Shown: piece after piece, positions 28,062 through 40,491 of the stretch
Position numbering within the stretch: the first letter of the stretch is position 1
Layout of the letters: the number at the start of each line of letters is the position of its first letter
Source: Vezdaea acicularis
Lineage: Eukaryota
DNA length: 45,199 nucleotides
Assembly: GCA_026025075.1 (NCBI GenBank)
Contig: JAPEUI010000029.1
Location: forward strand, 124,001 to 169,199
Reading direction: 5' to 3'
Made by a program: the position numbers and the translations under genes
The notes under the pieces: generated by a model
The model's database searches: none
Told to the model about the DNA's origin: nothing
The model's input: the letters and a program-made list of their open reading frames with translations, nothing else

Positions 28062-29579
28062 TCAGGAATGCCGCCTCTCTTCTTTTTCCAGAACCTCCTT
28101 CCAAAAGACTTTGATCTCGTCGCAGATGCCCTTTTTGAGGCGCCACGAGGCGAACTCATGCTCGAGATCACAGCCGACGTACATGACTTGCTCCCAGACG
28201 TCTTTCTCGAGGTCTTTGCCAAATTTCTCGATCGTGTCTTCGCGTGGACCCCACATCCTGTGCCGCGTGCCGTTGCTATACTTCGTCACGGCCTTGTCTG
28301 TTAAAATGGTGGAGGGGTTGACTTTGGGGAAGTTTGCGTGCACGAATGCTCTCCGAGGAGTGGGTGCGACTGATTCGTCCACGAGGCGTGAAAGGTTGTG
28401 TTTGGTGAGGTTGTAGTCATCAAAGGGATGGTATTGGACCATCGCCGTGCCGTGCCATTCACCTTCGAGATCTTTGTAGCCGATGGCACTGACTCTCTCC
28501 TTGACGGAGTAGAAGGGCGCGTTGAGGGCCATGGCTGCGGCAATGAACGTTTCTTTGTCGCCTTCACCAGGAGCACCTTGTGAAAGGAGGGGATAGTAGT
28601 GTTCGGGACCCCAGTAGTTGTAGTATACGGCCAGGAAGAGTGTGGTCGCATGGGACTTCTTCGAAATGAGGACTTGGCCGGATTCTGTTGAGGCACGGGC
28701 GGAAAGGGGTGGAGGTGGCTGTGAGGTTATTTCGTAGAAGAGGTCGGAGGCAGTGGACGCCCAGAAGTCGGGCCAAGTGACCATGCCTGTTGAGACATAG
28801 GGTTCGGAGTTGAAAAGTTCTTCCGGTTTGTAGATGACCATATTGTCTGCATCAAAGAAGAGAATGTCTTCGAATGAGGAGAAGAGCATAGCAAACACTT
28901 TAAATTGGTATTTCTCGATTTCCAGGGGCTCAGGAACTGCTTCGAGGATGTCGGACAAAACAACGCATCTCGCGTTGAGTGAGGGAAGAATATGATCGCA
29001 GAGACGCGGTTCAAACTCGCTGTGTGATGCTAGGAAAACCTCGACAGGCAGTCTTGAGCCTGTGAGTCGAAGCATTCGGAGGGACACAACGAGGGTAGGC
29101 ATATAGGGGCCCCCAGCTGTCGTGACCAAGCCTCGAGTACCCGCCCTATAGGGTAATTTAGGTGCTGAGTCTACCATCCTGCTCACGAATTCTGTATGCG
29201 CAGCTTTCATCTCCTCCACATCCACTCGCGACATGTTGATTAGATGCGGTCGGGTCGCGTTCTCTAGCGCAAGGGGGTTGTAACCCACGGTGGTTGCTCC
29301 CTCGTTCAGTTTCTTCGGCGCTGGACATTTCGGACGATTTGAGAACACGATCTTGGAGAACGAGTCCCAGAATGCGACTATGCGCTGAGGATAGTCGCGA
29401 TCTGTCGTCGGAGCCGGTGGTGCAGCTGTGGGTGTTGATACCCCCGTATTGGTCTTCCCATGATCACTGCCAATAGGCCGGTAGACTACTGTCGAATAGC
29501 GCGAGATTAACTGGTAAGATAGAAAGAAGAATAACAAAGTGATCGACACTTGAACTGTCACACGCCGGTATGAACGCAT
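28062..29579 (-). CDS. MNN2: Golgi alpha-1,2-mannosyltransferase, Mnn2/Mnn5 family (GT71)
   Basis: Intronless 505 aa; N-terminal signal anchor; RGLVTTAGG, LPVEVF, SSFEDILFFDADN (DxD), WPDFW, ESGQ, GEGDKETF, FVHANFPK. Confidence 0.88.
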   Translation of the reverse strand: MRSYRRVTVQVSITLLFFFLSYQLISRYSTVVYRPIGSDHGKTNTGVSTPTAAPPAPTTDRDYPQRIVAFWDSFSKIVFSNRPKCPAPKKLNEGATTVGYNPLALENATRPHLINMSRVDVEEMKAAHTEFVSRMVDSAPKLPYRAGTRGLVTTAGGPYMPTLVVSLRMLRLTGSRLPVEVFLASHSEFEPRLCDHILPSLNARCVVLSDILEAVPEPLEIEKYQFKVFAMLFSSFEDILFFDADNMVIYKPEELFNSEPYVSTGMVTWPDFWASTASDLFYEITSQPPPPLSARASTESGQVLISKKSHATTLFLAVYYNYWGPEHYYPLLSQGAPGEGDKETFIAAAMALNAPFYSVKERVSAIGYKDLEGEWHGTAMVQYHPFDDYNLTKHNLSRLVDESVAPTPRRAFVHANFPKVNPSTILTDKAVTKYSNGTRHRMWGPREDTIEKFGKDLEKDVWEQVMYVGCDLEHEFASWRLKKGICDEIKVFWKEVLEKEERRHS

Positions 29580-30200
29580 GACTGCGACTCTTCGACTGAG
29601 AAATGCGGATTCCCCTTGCGCGTTGGAGGTAGTTCAATATTTGAGGCGTGGCTTCAGGGAACTTTCGGTCCCCACTGGCCGTGAGATTTCCCTTAAGTCC
29701 CGACCCCAAGCTAGGCGAGGTTGGGTAAGCCTTCTCCTATCCGTCACAAGCCACTCCCCCTTTCATGGCTGCCAAGTTGCAATCTCGCTATTAATAACCT
29801 CTCTCCGAATCCCTTCCGATGACTTCACTTCTAGAGCGCTCATTTCTCTGTCTGCATATAATAACGCTCCATACCCGACTGCGTGATCAAACCTCAAATT
29901 ATTCACGCGTGTTTGTACGACGGTTGTGATGTGGCTCATGCAGGGCTTCCGCACGATGCCGCTAGTGCACTACCTCGCTTCCTTGAATGGGTCAACGAAA
30001 CCAGGTACCTCCTCGCAACATGACCCCGATCGTAAATAACAAAGGTCATCTTTACAACAGCATTCCGTCTGTCCGTCTATGACACGAAACGGGGCTGACT
30101 GGATAGGTTTAGAAATGTTCTCGGGAATCATGCGCGATAGCAGTATCAAATGGAGATGAGCGTGTTCCTATCCTTTACACCATGTATGGCTCATAAACCG

Positions 30201-31946
30201 CTAGCTGGCCCGTGACCTAATGCTACGACCCCATAAGTCCTTCCAAAACTCCTTGAACCCGTATTTTGGCCGCCGTTCATCCCATACTTTGGCTTTACTG
30301 CCACCAAATCGTTCCATGATCCCACCAGGCGTGTGTCCGACTCTCTCAACGCGTATGACAGGAGCCCTTGCCCGTTCCCTGATCTCCCTTGCAAGCTGGG
30401 GTGCCACGTCCGCATAGCATGCTCGCAGTTCGCGACTGAGGTTGTAATAGGGTTTCTTAGCCAATTCTGGAGCCATCAGGTTGTACGAACGTGTAAGGTT
30501 GTTAATTGAGGTGATGGAGAGCGTATGGTAGGAGTGTTCCGTTTTCTCCCACGTTGAATCTCTAAAGGGGGAAGCTATTGGTAGTGGATTCGAATCTTGA
30601 GGGAACCCCATCTGATCTGCTGGTTGTTTGGTCGATGAAGGCTGCCTAGGCGAGGATGAGTCGACATCTTCAAGGGGCATTACAGGTTCCCTCTCATCCA
30701 AAGTGGCCAAGACTTCTGTGCTGTCTTCTTGCAGACGCTCGGTTGATCTAACCTTCGGGTTTGCTATCAGCTCCGCTGCCGCGTAGCTATTCGCTTTTGC
30801 AATCTGCTCGTGCAAAGTGCCCCCTTTGCTCGCAATAGACCGGGCCGCATGCCGCCGCCATTCAGATCTCAGACGCTTTCGAAACGCATTGACCTCTTTG
30901 GAGAGCTGCTGCTGCTTCTCAATCCATGGCGGCACTATGTCTTGCCGTTTGACCATCTTGTTCATAAGATATTCTGTCGTGTCAATGAACGGGCTGCTAG
31001 CCTGATAGTCTCGCTCCAACGTCTTTCCGCGAGGAAGATTTTTGAACTGTCCACGAGCAATGGCATTTTCAATACGCTCATTTGCAAGGGATGCTAGACC
31101 CTGCACAGAAGCCGGTATGTGCCTTGCACCAGGAGAGAAACGTTCTTTGAGCTCCTTCCGCATTTGCTCCCGGTCTTTCTCAGATACGGTCATGTCCTTT
31201 GCTAAAGCATATGTCGAGGACCGGTCTCTTGCGTTTGCTAGCCTCTCACCTGAAGATCTCCTACTAGGCCGACGAGCGGGATCTACATTTACAGGATCGC
31301 CGCGGGGCGTCGGCGCTTTTGTACTTCTTGCACCCCTCAGCGGCTTGTGTTTGTCGACCAGCATCCGGAGTACGGTATCCTGAGTTGTTTCAAAGCCACT
31401 CCAGGGCTGCGCTAAAGCCACATCAACTGTACCTTTCCCTGCGCTTGTCTAGAGATGTTGAAGTCCAGTCAGCAATTGGCCTTAGTATAGTAATCCTTTT
31501 CGGACCTCAGTACTTACTAGCATATCCACTTGCGCAAATGCTTGGACGTTTTCTGTTCTAATGATCGATTCTGTAATCCTAGATTCTAGCTTCTTTTTCA
31601 GTTCCTCCGAAAATCCTCCTTCTTCAATAGATTTGCCTGCACGGACACCAGAATCGTCCAAGGACTGTTCGGTCATTTGCTGTAATCTTCGCGACATCGC
31701 TCCTGGCTCAACCGATGTAGTAGCCTCATTATGAGAGGGCTCTGTCGGTCTTGATGGTCTATTTGCATCCACATCGCCAGCCTCTCCACGGTTTCCTTCT
31801 GTCACAGGATGGAGAGATTTACCTAACGTAAAGAATGTCCGAAGGAGCGTTTTATGACGGACTATGAACCTTTTTCTGCCACCGAGACATAGGTCTCGCA
31901 AGCAGCGAACGTGAGTGCGTTGAAAATAGCTTGCTGTGCAGTGCAT
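30201..31946 (-). CDS. DUF1992 (DnaJC28 conserved domain) protein, probably mitochondrial
   Basis: Exons 31946-31518 and 31448-30201. ERIENAIARGQFKNLPRGK...DTTEYLMNKMVKRQDIVPPWIEKQ and INNLTRSYNLMAP; Arg-rich, acid-poor N-terminus. Confidence 0.82.
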
Positions 31947-32496
31947 ATAGGATGTCGCCAACTTGAAGCTTGGAAGTCACCCAGAAAGTTGCCTCTGGAT
32001 AAGCTTTTCGTGGATGCTGCGACGCTTTGAATTTTTTGGGCGAATCATAGCGACCTAAAGCGTCATGCGCTAGCTTGTCAAATGCGGATACAACCGCTCC
32101 TTTTCGGCACCCTCAGCATCAGACGCAAAGAATTGTGACAAAGCTTTGCGTAGCAACGTCAGGACCGCAGAAAGCTTCGCGAGGTTATGTAAGACCTTCC
32201 CGGCTCTCCGAACTCGCATTTCCAGTCTTTCTTCTGGCGAGTGCGCGTAAGGAATCATCTGGTAGTACTCATTCCCGCCAAAGTACAGGGGGGTGTGCGG
32301 CAGTGCTCAACTTCCCGCTGCCCGTATCTGCGTATCTTTTGTCGGCGCATTTGCTCCTCCTCAGCTCTGTCACTGTCACGTCCTATGGATGCTGCTATCT
32401 TATAGCTATCCTCGAAGCTCCACGAAAAGGTCGCTCTCACTTATGACCGTTTAAGAGCATAAAATCTTATGGCTGCAGCCATGTAGTGTATCGTCC

Positions 32497-35016
32497 ATGA
32501 AATCTTACTTCAACATGAACGGCAATGGATTTCGCAGGTCTCCAGTCCCCCCAGCCCATGAAGTAGACTCGAGAGATGGGAACTTGCAACCTGCGCGAGT
32601 CCCTTACGGGCGTCCTCCTCCTCCCAAGGTGTTGATGGAGGAGTATCAGGAGTCCATGGAGCATCCGATAGAGGAACGGCCCCGATATAACCCTGTGAGT
32701 TGCGGAAATAGGAGAGGAAAGCGCTTTTGCTGACACTGAGTAGCTTAATAAAGCTCGACCCCAGAGTTCGACTTTACTTAACATAAACGATCCTGTCGCA
32801 ATGCATCTGCTTGTGGAAACAGCCATCGGAGACAGCCAGGAGTACGAAGTCCTTTCCTTCGAAGAAATAGATGAACTCAAGAAAGAGTTATCCCTCTTAA
32901 GTAATCGGATCGATGCGTCTCGTCGAAAACTGGCCTTAGAATCGAAGGTTCGCGACGCTGCTGCTTCATTAAGCAGACTATATGGCAAAAAAGGTGATAG
33001 TACTGATGGATCTCCTCGAAGGCATAGGAGAAGTTTTATGGGCAGCCGTGGAAGTGGGGGGGAGATCCTAGAAAAGACGGACGATGAACTGGCAGTTAGC
33101 ACTAGGAAGTGTGAGGAGTTGGCAGAGGATTTATGGAGGCTGGAGAAGCGAGCTACCGAGATTCATAAAAGAATCTTACAACATACTGCAGGTATCTTAC
33201 AGATGACGCATCGCACAGTTTTCAAGAAAAACAACTCAGACCAACTACGGCCAGGCAGCCCTGAGAGTATGTATACTTCTTCTCGAAGCAGCGCGGTACC
33301 TCTCAACAGCGACTATGAATGGGATGAGAGGAGCCAGTATAGAGTTATGGACAGGATGGATGAATTTTTAGACGGACATTCACAATTACCCGGCCATTCA
33401 GGATCTCATGGATCAGATATGCAAGTTGTGTTAGTAACGGAAAAGAAGCTTCGAGACTTGAACAATAAGCTGCGAGGCCTCATCATTGAGACTAATCCCC
33501 AAGAACACAACAACTACCAACATCCGCCTCAGCATGGACCCAACGGCTTGGCCCCACAAGGCGCCCCGCCACTTCAGGATCAATTGAACTATCTTGAGAA
33601 AGGACTCGAGGTCGTGGAACGAAATTTACCTCGCATATCGTCCGGTGGTAATACAGTCAACGCTCAAGAATGGGAAAGCGTTCTCGTCGGGCTATGGAAC
33701 GCGCTACAGACTGCGGAGGAAGACGCTCGGCATCGTAAAACTCAAAAGCGCCAAGCTCGCGCAGCGAATCCCAATCAAGCTGATGCTGACAGTGACCTTT
33801 CACCTGATGAGGACTTCATACCAAACGAATCCTTTTCTCTTCACGCATTTTCAGCTAAAGTTCAGTGGCTGTCCCGCAGAGTCACCAGTCTAAAGGAGCA
33901 AAAATCCATCTTGCGTCGGCAGATCAAACAACAACGCCTGCTCAATAACAAGTCAGATACTGAACGTGAAACAGAAGTCGAGAACCTAAAGGCCAGACTT
34001 CGAGATACAGATGCAGAAGCGACAAAAGCGCGAGAAGAAGTGAGCATCGTCATGGATCGACTTGACAATGCACAAAGAGAACTTGGTATACACGAGCAGC
34101 GACGAGGAGAAGGTGCTGATCTTGCGGCGGAGTTGCAATTGAAGCGAGAAGAGATATCTAGAATACAAGGCGAGCTTAGTGGATTGCGGAATGAGACAGT
34201 TACTGCTGCGGCCAACGCCCAATCGAGAATTCAGAGGCTTGATGATGAGTTGCGAAGCGTAAGAGAGAAAGAAAGGACCGCAACAGCGCAAGAAGCCGAG
34301 ATGAAACATCTACTCGATGATAAAGAACTAGAAAGGGCCGAGCTTGAGGGACAAGTAGTCCGCTTGCAGACTGAAGTCACTATAGCTCGTGCAGAGCTTG
34401 AAGGCGCGTACGGCACACGAGCGCAGCGGGCTGCAGAGGTCGCGGCAAACGTAGGTCAGAAGGAACTTGATGAGCTGGGCCAGAAGAACAAGAGTCTTAC
34501 GGACGAAATCGCTGCGCTCAAGCTTGCAAATGAGACGTCTACGTCCAATACCGAGCAGATGCAAACACGAATGCAGACCCTGGAGAAGGAGCTTCGGGAG
34601 ACAATAACCGAATATGAAATTTTAACAAAACAAAGCATTGATTTCGAGAAAGAAAGAGAAGCCATGGAGCAGTCGATTGATGGCTTAAGGGATAAATGCG
34701 AAGGCCTAGAGACTCAGCTGACGGATGAAAAAATGAAATCTCTCGGTGTAAGATCTGGCAAAGAAGGCGGGGCTGGGGAAAGTACTAGTACGATGGTTCT
34801 GCGAAATGAATTTAAGAAGATGATGAAAGATACCCGGGCTGAAAATATGAAGGCTCTTAAGGTAAGTACAAACGTATCTATATTACTTGTATGGTGTCTA
34901 ATATGAGACAGGCTGAGCAAGAAGAACGAAGGAAGCTCGAAGCACTAGTTAGGTCCCTCAAGAAGGATCAGGCTCCTGGGAAGTCCGCATTAAGTCAGAG
35001 TCTTACCGTCTCCTGA
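32497..35016 (+). CDS. Uds1 (up-regulated during septation) domain coiled-coil protein
   Basis: Exons 32497 (or 32515)-32694, 32744-34861, 34912-35016. DPVAMHLLVETAIGDSQEYEVLSFEEIDELKKE, ILQHTAGIL, long coiled coils, ARAELEGAYGTRAQRA, EFKKMM. Confidence 0.83.
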
Positions 35017-35748
35017 AAAGTGTTGGAACGGTGCATGTGTGGGTCTAGGTGCTTTGGGTGGCGTTTATCGCATATATTGGCTTTTTTCAGCCATCTGACA
35101 CCATCAATCGTACACGGCATTACAAGGTGTTCTTCAAATATCCCGATAACCTCAATAATCGCAGACTTAAAGCAAGACACGTCTATTCCTTCCAGGTTTC
35201 TCGCCAACCGAGTAACTTTCATCGAGGGCTAACCAGTTCTAACCCTTTGGCTTTTGATAGCCTTGTCGAGTGCCAATCAGATCTTCGCTTATCCCACCAT
35301 CTTTTTTGCGCAATTGCCAGCCTTGCAGGTTGAGCCTCAGCCGGTCTCCCGATTGGTATATCAAGCGCTAATTTTTATGTCCTTCTTAAGCCCACCACTC
35401 GCGGCTGTCCGATCTTCTGCATGCCCTCACCACCACCGTCTCCTGTGAATTTCAGCCTGACCCATCAAATGCGCGGCGTGATCAAATAAAAAGCATTATG
35501 GCGCCGTGCATGCATGTTCTAGGCTACCGTCGAGTCATCTCATCCTAGTATTCGGAAATAGGGCCAGGACTGGTGTTGGGTAGGGCAAGTTCTGTCAAAC
35601 CCGCGACTCACCCCTCTCCCATGAGGAAACTTATAAACGTATGGCGCCTTGAATCCGTGAAGTCGTTCGTTCTGTTATTGCAGAAGGTAATTTCTAGCCA
35701 TTTCTTATCTATCTCTCTGCTTCTGCAACATTCAACAGTCATCTAAAT

Positions 35749-38086
35749 ATGTCTCAGACCATCAGAGTCGGCAATTTGCCTGCCCGGGCCACACAGAAAG
35801 ACGTTCGTGACTTCTTCAACGCCCGCATTGGAGGGGGAAGAGTCGAATCCGAGATCGTCTCGGTAGTCGGTCCTCTCTGTAGGTACGCAGGCTCAACTGG
35901 ACTGAGATCCACTGTCACTTTTTACCATCACAGCCTTGCAGCTGCTGCGCTGAAGTTGAGGCACAGCGACTTGGATTTCTATGCTACTGAAGGGGGGCAA
36001 GAGCGTATCGACATCGATGATAGCTTCCATAACCTTACTACCGTTTCTGCTGCATTAGACCCTTCAACCCGGAGGCCTACTATAGAGTAAGTAGCCTTCA
36101 CCCTCCAATTTTCTGAGGCTGTGCCCTGCCCGGTCACTAACTGTCAGAAAGTATTGTTGTTCTCCACGGCCTTCGAGGACATGCTTGGGAGTCGTTTGCT
36201 TCTCGACAAGAATTGTCACCGAGGTGCATTCAAGAGGTCAATTGGCTTCGAGATATTCTTCCGAAATATTTGAAGGATAATGGAATTCACGCTAGAGTCA
36301 TGCTATATGGCTATAATGCAAAAGTCTGGGCGAAGGGTGGGGTTAATGGAATCAATGAGCCCGTAGATAATCTCATCAATGATCTGAATACTGAACGTGC
36401 AGGCGTGAGTCAATACACCCCTGACCAGTTTGGTTACATTATACATACTGAAAATGCGCAGGATCGGACTCGGCCCCTATTCTTCATTGCACACAGTTTA
36501 GGGGGCATTGTTGTCAAACAGGTATTGAATCCCCCCCTAACCCTAACGAAAGGTCTCCGATTAACTCACTACACAACACAGGTCATCAATACAATGAAGC
36601 CACCCCTCATTGACGCCGTCGGAGGCTGCCTCTTCTTAGCTGTACCCCACAAAGGCTCAAAGCTTGCAACTTCTCTTGGCCAAATCCTTAATATCCTGAA
36701 CATTGTTCTCGCTCCATCAAAAAAGTTCCAGACTGCCAAGGTCAAGGATTTGGAGGAAAAAAGTAGAGAATTGGCGGAGATAGCAGGAAGATTTGCTCCA
36801 AAAAGGCATTTAAACAATATCGCTGTCATCAGCTGTCATGAAACTCTGGAAACGTCACCATATGGTGTGGTATGTAAAAATAGCTTATCAGCATTGGACA
36901 ATGGTTTAATTAACAGCTTTAGATTGTTGACAAAGATGCGGCAGTGTTAGACTATGAAGGCCATCCACCATACTTCTCTGTCAATTCAAATCACAGAGAT
37001 ATAGCAAAGTTCGCAACTAGAGATGAGCACGGATTGACGTCAATAATGTTTTCCTTCACAGAAGTCATTAAGGAAGTGCTTTCAGGCAAAATTAAAACCA
37101 ATGGCCACTCTACAGTTGCTGAGGGGCTGTCTGGAGGCGGCGAAATGCGTCCACAGCATTCCATCCAGCAAATGCCGCCCTCTCATCCTGGTGTGGAAGA
37201 CCCTTACTTTGCCCTCTCGCGATTTGACACTGTATTTCTAGTCGATGATTCAAGCTCAATGGCTCCGCCTTATACAGCTCCGCCCTTTATGCAAGAGAAC
37301 TCATCTTGTTTACCACCTCCAAATCACTGGAAACATGTTTCAAAGGTGCTGCAAGAATGTGCCTCACGGGCTCTTAAGTACGATAGAGACGGCATTGACA
37401 TCCACTTCCTGAACAACACTGGGAGCGATCGAAACAATATTATATACCCAGAACAGATTGAGTCGCTATTCATGTCTGTTGAGGCTAATGGAGACACACC
37501 ATTATACGACCGGTTGAGGGAACACCTCAATGAGTATATTGACCGCTTCAGAGCAAACAAGAAGATTCCTCACTACAACTTGATCGTCATCACGGATGGA
37601 GAGCCCAGCGATGGCGACTATGAAGACATAGAAAATATTGTTGTAGAATGCGCAAACGATCTGAAAGAAATGCGCGCAAGCCTCACTCAACTAGGCAGTA
37701 AGCTAGTCCTGAATTCTTACTATAACAGATTGCTGACCCTTCATAGTCCAATTTTGTCAAATCGGCGATAACAGGGATGCTACTCAATTTTTCAATCTTC
37801 TTGACAATACAATCAAAGGAGATCGCAAGCTCGACCGGGACGTAAGTTACCCCTGTTATGGAATACATGATCTTTTTTAACAATAGCTTAGATGGTTGAT
37901 ACGACAAGATTTAGTCATTACAACACAAGTGACCCGCAAAAGGCTGAAGAGCTCTATCAAAAGATTCTTCTAGGAGCAATAGTCAGGAAATTCGACAAGA
38001 AGGAGCTCACAAACAGCCCGCCAGGGCCAAACCCCATCCCGCTTCCCATGAGATCTTCTACCACTCCAAAGGAGCTATGGGCTTAA
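35749..38086 (+). CDS. Multidomain protein: RRM-like + SesB/SERAC1-type alpha/beta hydrolase + VWA domain (~667 aa)
   Basis: Exons 35749-36086, 36152-36404, 36462-36521, 36582-36869, 36923-37697, 37747-37841, 37892-38086 splice into one frame (2004 nt). IRVGNLP; DIVVLHGLRG, NWLRDILP, RVMLYGY, AHSLGG, NHRDIAKF; VWA FLVDDSSSM, DGIDIHFLN, GDTPL, VITDG, IQFCQIG, RDMVDT. Confidence 0.8.
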
Positions 38087-39132
38087 TGAATCTTGTGCTC
38101 TTGGCCCATCAAGAGGAGACATTTGTGTTAGAGACTGCCGGAGCAGACAGATAAAACTGGATGAATTTATGAGGAAATGTTATGCCTTGTTGAGATCGCG
38201 TATTGTACGTTGAACGGATCATTATTGTGATTGACTTGATTCAGATTCGGCTACTGAATTATGGAGGTACATGCCCAAAGTATTGTAACACCGCCTTGAT
38301 GGCAGAAAGCGTGTCACTCTAGAACACTATGAGCAGAGGTTTCTGCCCAAAGGGTAGTGTAACAACACTCTGGGCATGTACCTCTATAGGAGCCACGAGA
38401 CTGCCAGCTTTTTGGACGGATCGAATGAGCCGCTCCTTATGTACGCACACAAAGATTGTCAATTATCACACCTACGAACATTGCAGAGTTATTGGCACCT
38501 TGTTCAATATGACCGCCAAATCTTGAGCTCACTTGTTTCACGTCTGATGTCTTGAGGGCCATGCACTTCAAGAGGTTGATCACAATGAAAATTTCTCCTC
38601 TTTCAACATCCTTCATCTTCCTAGTCCACCCTTTAATTGAGATGATCAGCAACAATGAGACGACGACATATAATCTATCTTCTGCTGTAGTTCTGCTTCT
38701 TTTTTTTCGGACTTGCAGAGGTCTCGCTACATCATATGATCCATATTCAGTACAGCAGGGAGACTTCGGGACTTCTGAGTACCCGTGCAGCATAGTCTCA
38801 AGCTGACCACTATCTAGGAGAATGGGAGACCGCCGGTTATGGAACCGCTTACTCCGCCCGCCTGCGTCTATATTATAGGAGTATCCACATTTTTCCTGCG
38901 GTTTTGAAGGTACATAGTATCTTTTGGCCTCTTAATGGAGTATGATACTTCTTTCGCCGACTCTGATAAACCTTTGTCTTGGAAATACTACTTGTTGCTT
39001 GCTATGAAATGATTGACTCTAAACTATTAACACTAGTCTCTCCATTGCTGGATGTTCTACTGGTATCAATTTCCTCCATATTACTATAGCCCGCATCCTA
39101 TTGACGACTCTCTTCTTCATACCCTCGTCTTC

Positions 39133-40323
39133 CTAAAGCTCGAACGTCACCTCCGAAAACTCGGGTACCGGACCTTGGAGCAGCGGTGAAGACTTGCACT
39201 TCAACACCATATCAAGGAACGCGGCAATATATGTAGTGACTATCTGCAGTGCTCGCGCGCCATTGAGGTCTGTGATCAGTAGGTTGGCCGCGACCGTGGC
39301 ATTGAGAACGATCCCAAGCGTCTCCAAGACGATGGGAAAGTCAGAGAAGGTGTAGTGGTTGGAGTTTGCGAGCATGATGTCAAGCTTCCACCCCCGCAAG
39401 TTGTTCCAGAAGTTAAACCATGAGTTGTCTGGATCGAGGGGGGCGCTGTCGTTGGAATGCGTACGGTTAGTGTGTGCCATGAGCATGAATGGTCTATCAA
39501 GCCCCTTCTGCACGACGGGGCCATAAAGATCGCCATCAATGGCTATTCCGCCAGCAATACGGCTGTCGTTGAGCATGACGGCTGCAGTCGCCGCGCCACC
39601 AAGTGAGTGTCCGAACATGGCTACTTTACTTACATCAAGGCCTTGTGAGCAACCAGGAATTAGTTGTGAGACGACGGATGTGTTGCGGAGTTGGTCGAGG
39701 ACGAAGCTCGCGTCTTGCGCGCGGGCAGTGACCGCTATGTTGATGTCGGAAAGGGCAGCAGTGGCGGCAACTGTGGTGTTAAGGAGAATTACCGAACCGT
39801 CTGGGAATTCGACAATGTCAACGTCATAGGGTGCATCAATGGTAACAACGATGTAGCCCGAGCTTGCGATTGTCTGTGCAATGAGACTGTAGAACAGGCG
39901 GGTGGTGGCTTCGGCAGGCGAAAATAGGACGATAGGGAAGTCAGGTGTATATTGGGTCTGGGGTGGTTTGCCAGCCAGTTGAAGGGCAAGTTTCTCGAAG
40001 GTACCGTTTGGGGACATAAGACCAGTGAGGGCTTGCTCCGAGTTATCTTCGTAGAGAGCTGTTTCGGGTGGCATATAACTGACTGGCGTAGTCGGTTCGT
40101 CTGATTTGATAGGATAGAACAAAGATATCATGATACTACGGACTTGAACAGAGGGTGCAAATGGCTGAGTTCTGCTCTCGTCAGTCAACTCCATGGTACC
40201 GACGCCGACTTGGTAAGTGCCATTTGGGTTCGGCAGTAGGACTTGATCGGCGTTGACTGCCGATGAGAATAATGAAATAAGCATGGACATGAAGCAACAA
40301 GACACATGCCGTGAAAAATGCAT
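39133..40323 (-). CDS. Secreted PAF-acetylhydrolase-like lipase/esterase (alpha/beta hydrolase)
   Basis: Intronless 396 aa; signal-peptide-like N-terminus; GTYQVG, SLFYP, IDAPYD, RAQDASFVLDQL, GHSLGG nucleophile, IDG, HYTFSD. Confidence 0.87.
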   Translation of the reverse strand: MHFSRHVSCCFMSMLISLFSSAVNADQVLLPNPNGTYQVGVGTMELTDESRTQPFAPSVQVRSIMISLFYPIKSDEPTTPVSYMPPETALYEDNSEQALTGLMSPNGTFEKLALQLAGKPPQTQYTPDFPIVLFSPAEATTRLFYSLIAQTIASSGYIVVTIDAPYDVDIVEFPDGSVILLNTTVAATAALSDINIAVTARAQDASFVLDQLRNTSVVSQLIPGCSQGLDVSKVAMFGHSLGGAATAAVMLNDSRIAGGIAIDGDLYGPVVQKGLDRPFMLMAHTNRTHSNDSAPLDPDNSWFNFWNNLRGWKLDIMLANSNHYTFSDFPIVLETLGIVLNATVAANLLITDLNGARALQIVTTYIAAFLDMVLKCKSSPLLQGPVPEFSEVTFEL

Positions 40324-40491
40324 GCTCGAAACCTAGTTGAACAATATGAATATGAGATTGAAGTTGACCGAGAATTTTGGCTTTTGAATATTGAGTTTTG
40401 TTTTGCATTTCTGTTCGAGCACAAGGAGACGCTGCAGCCCTTTTATACAAAGTGACCTGGACATCATGAGCTGGTAGGAAATTTGCACAAT

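Noticed and set aside
38100..39100. Short ORFs and splice-like signals between the two hydrolase genes (possible pseudogene)
   Set aside because: No recognisable protein motif or consistent exon chain.
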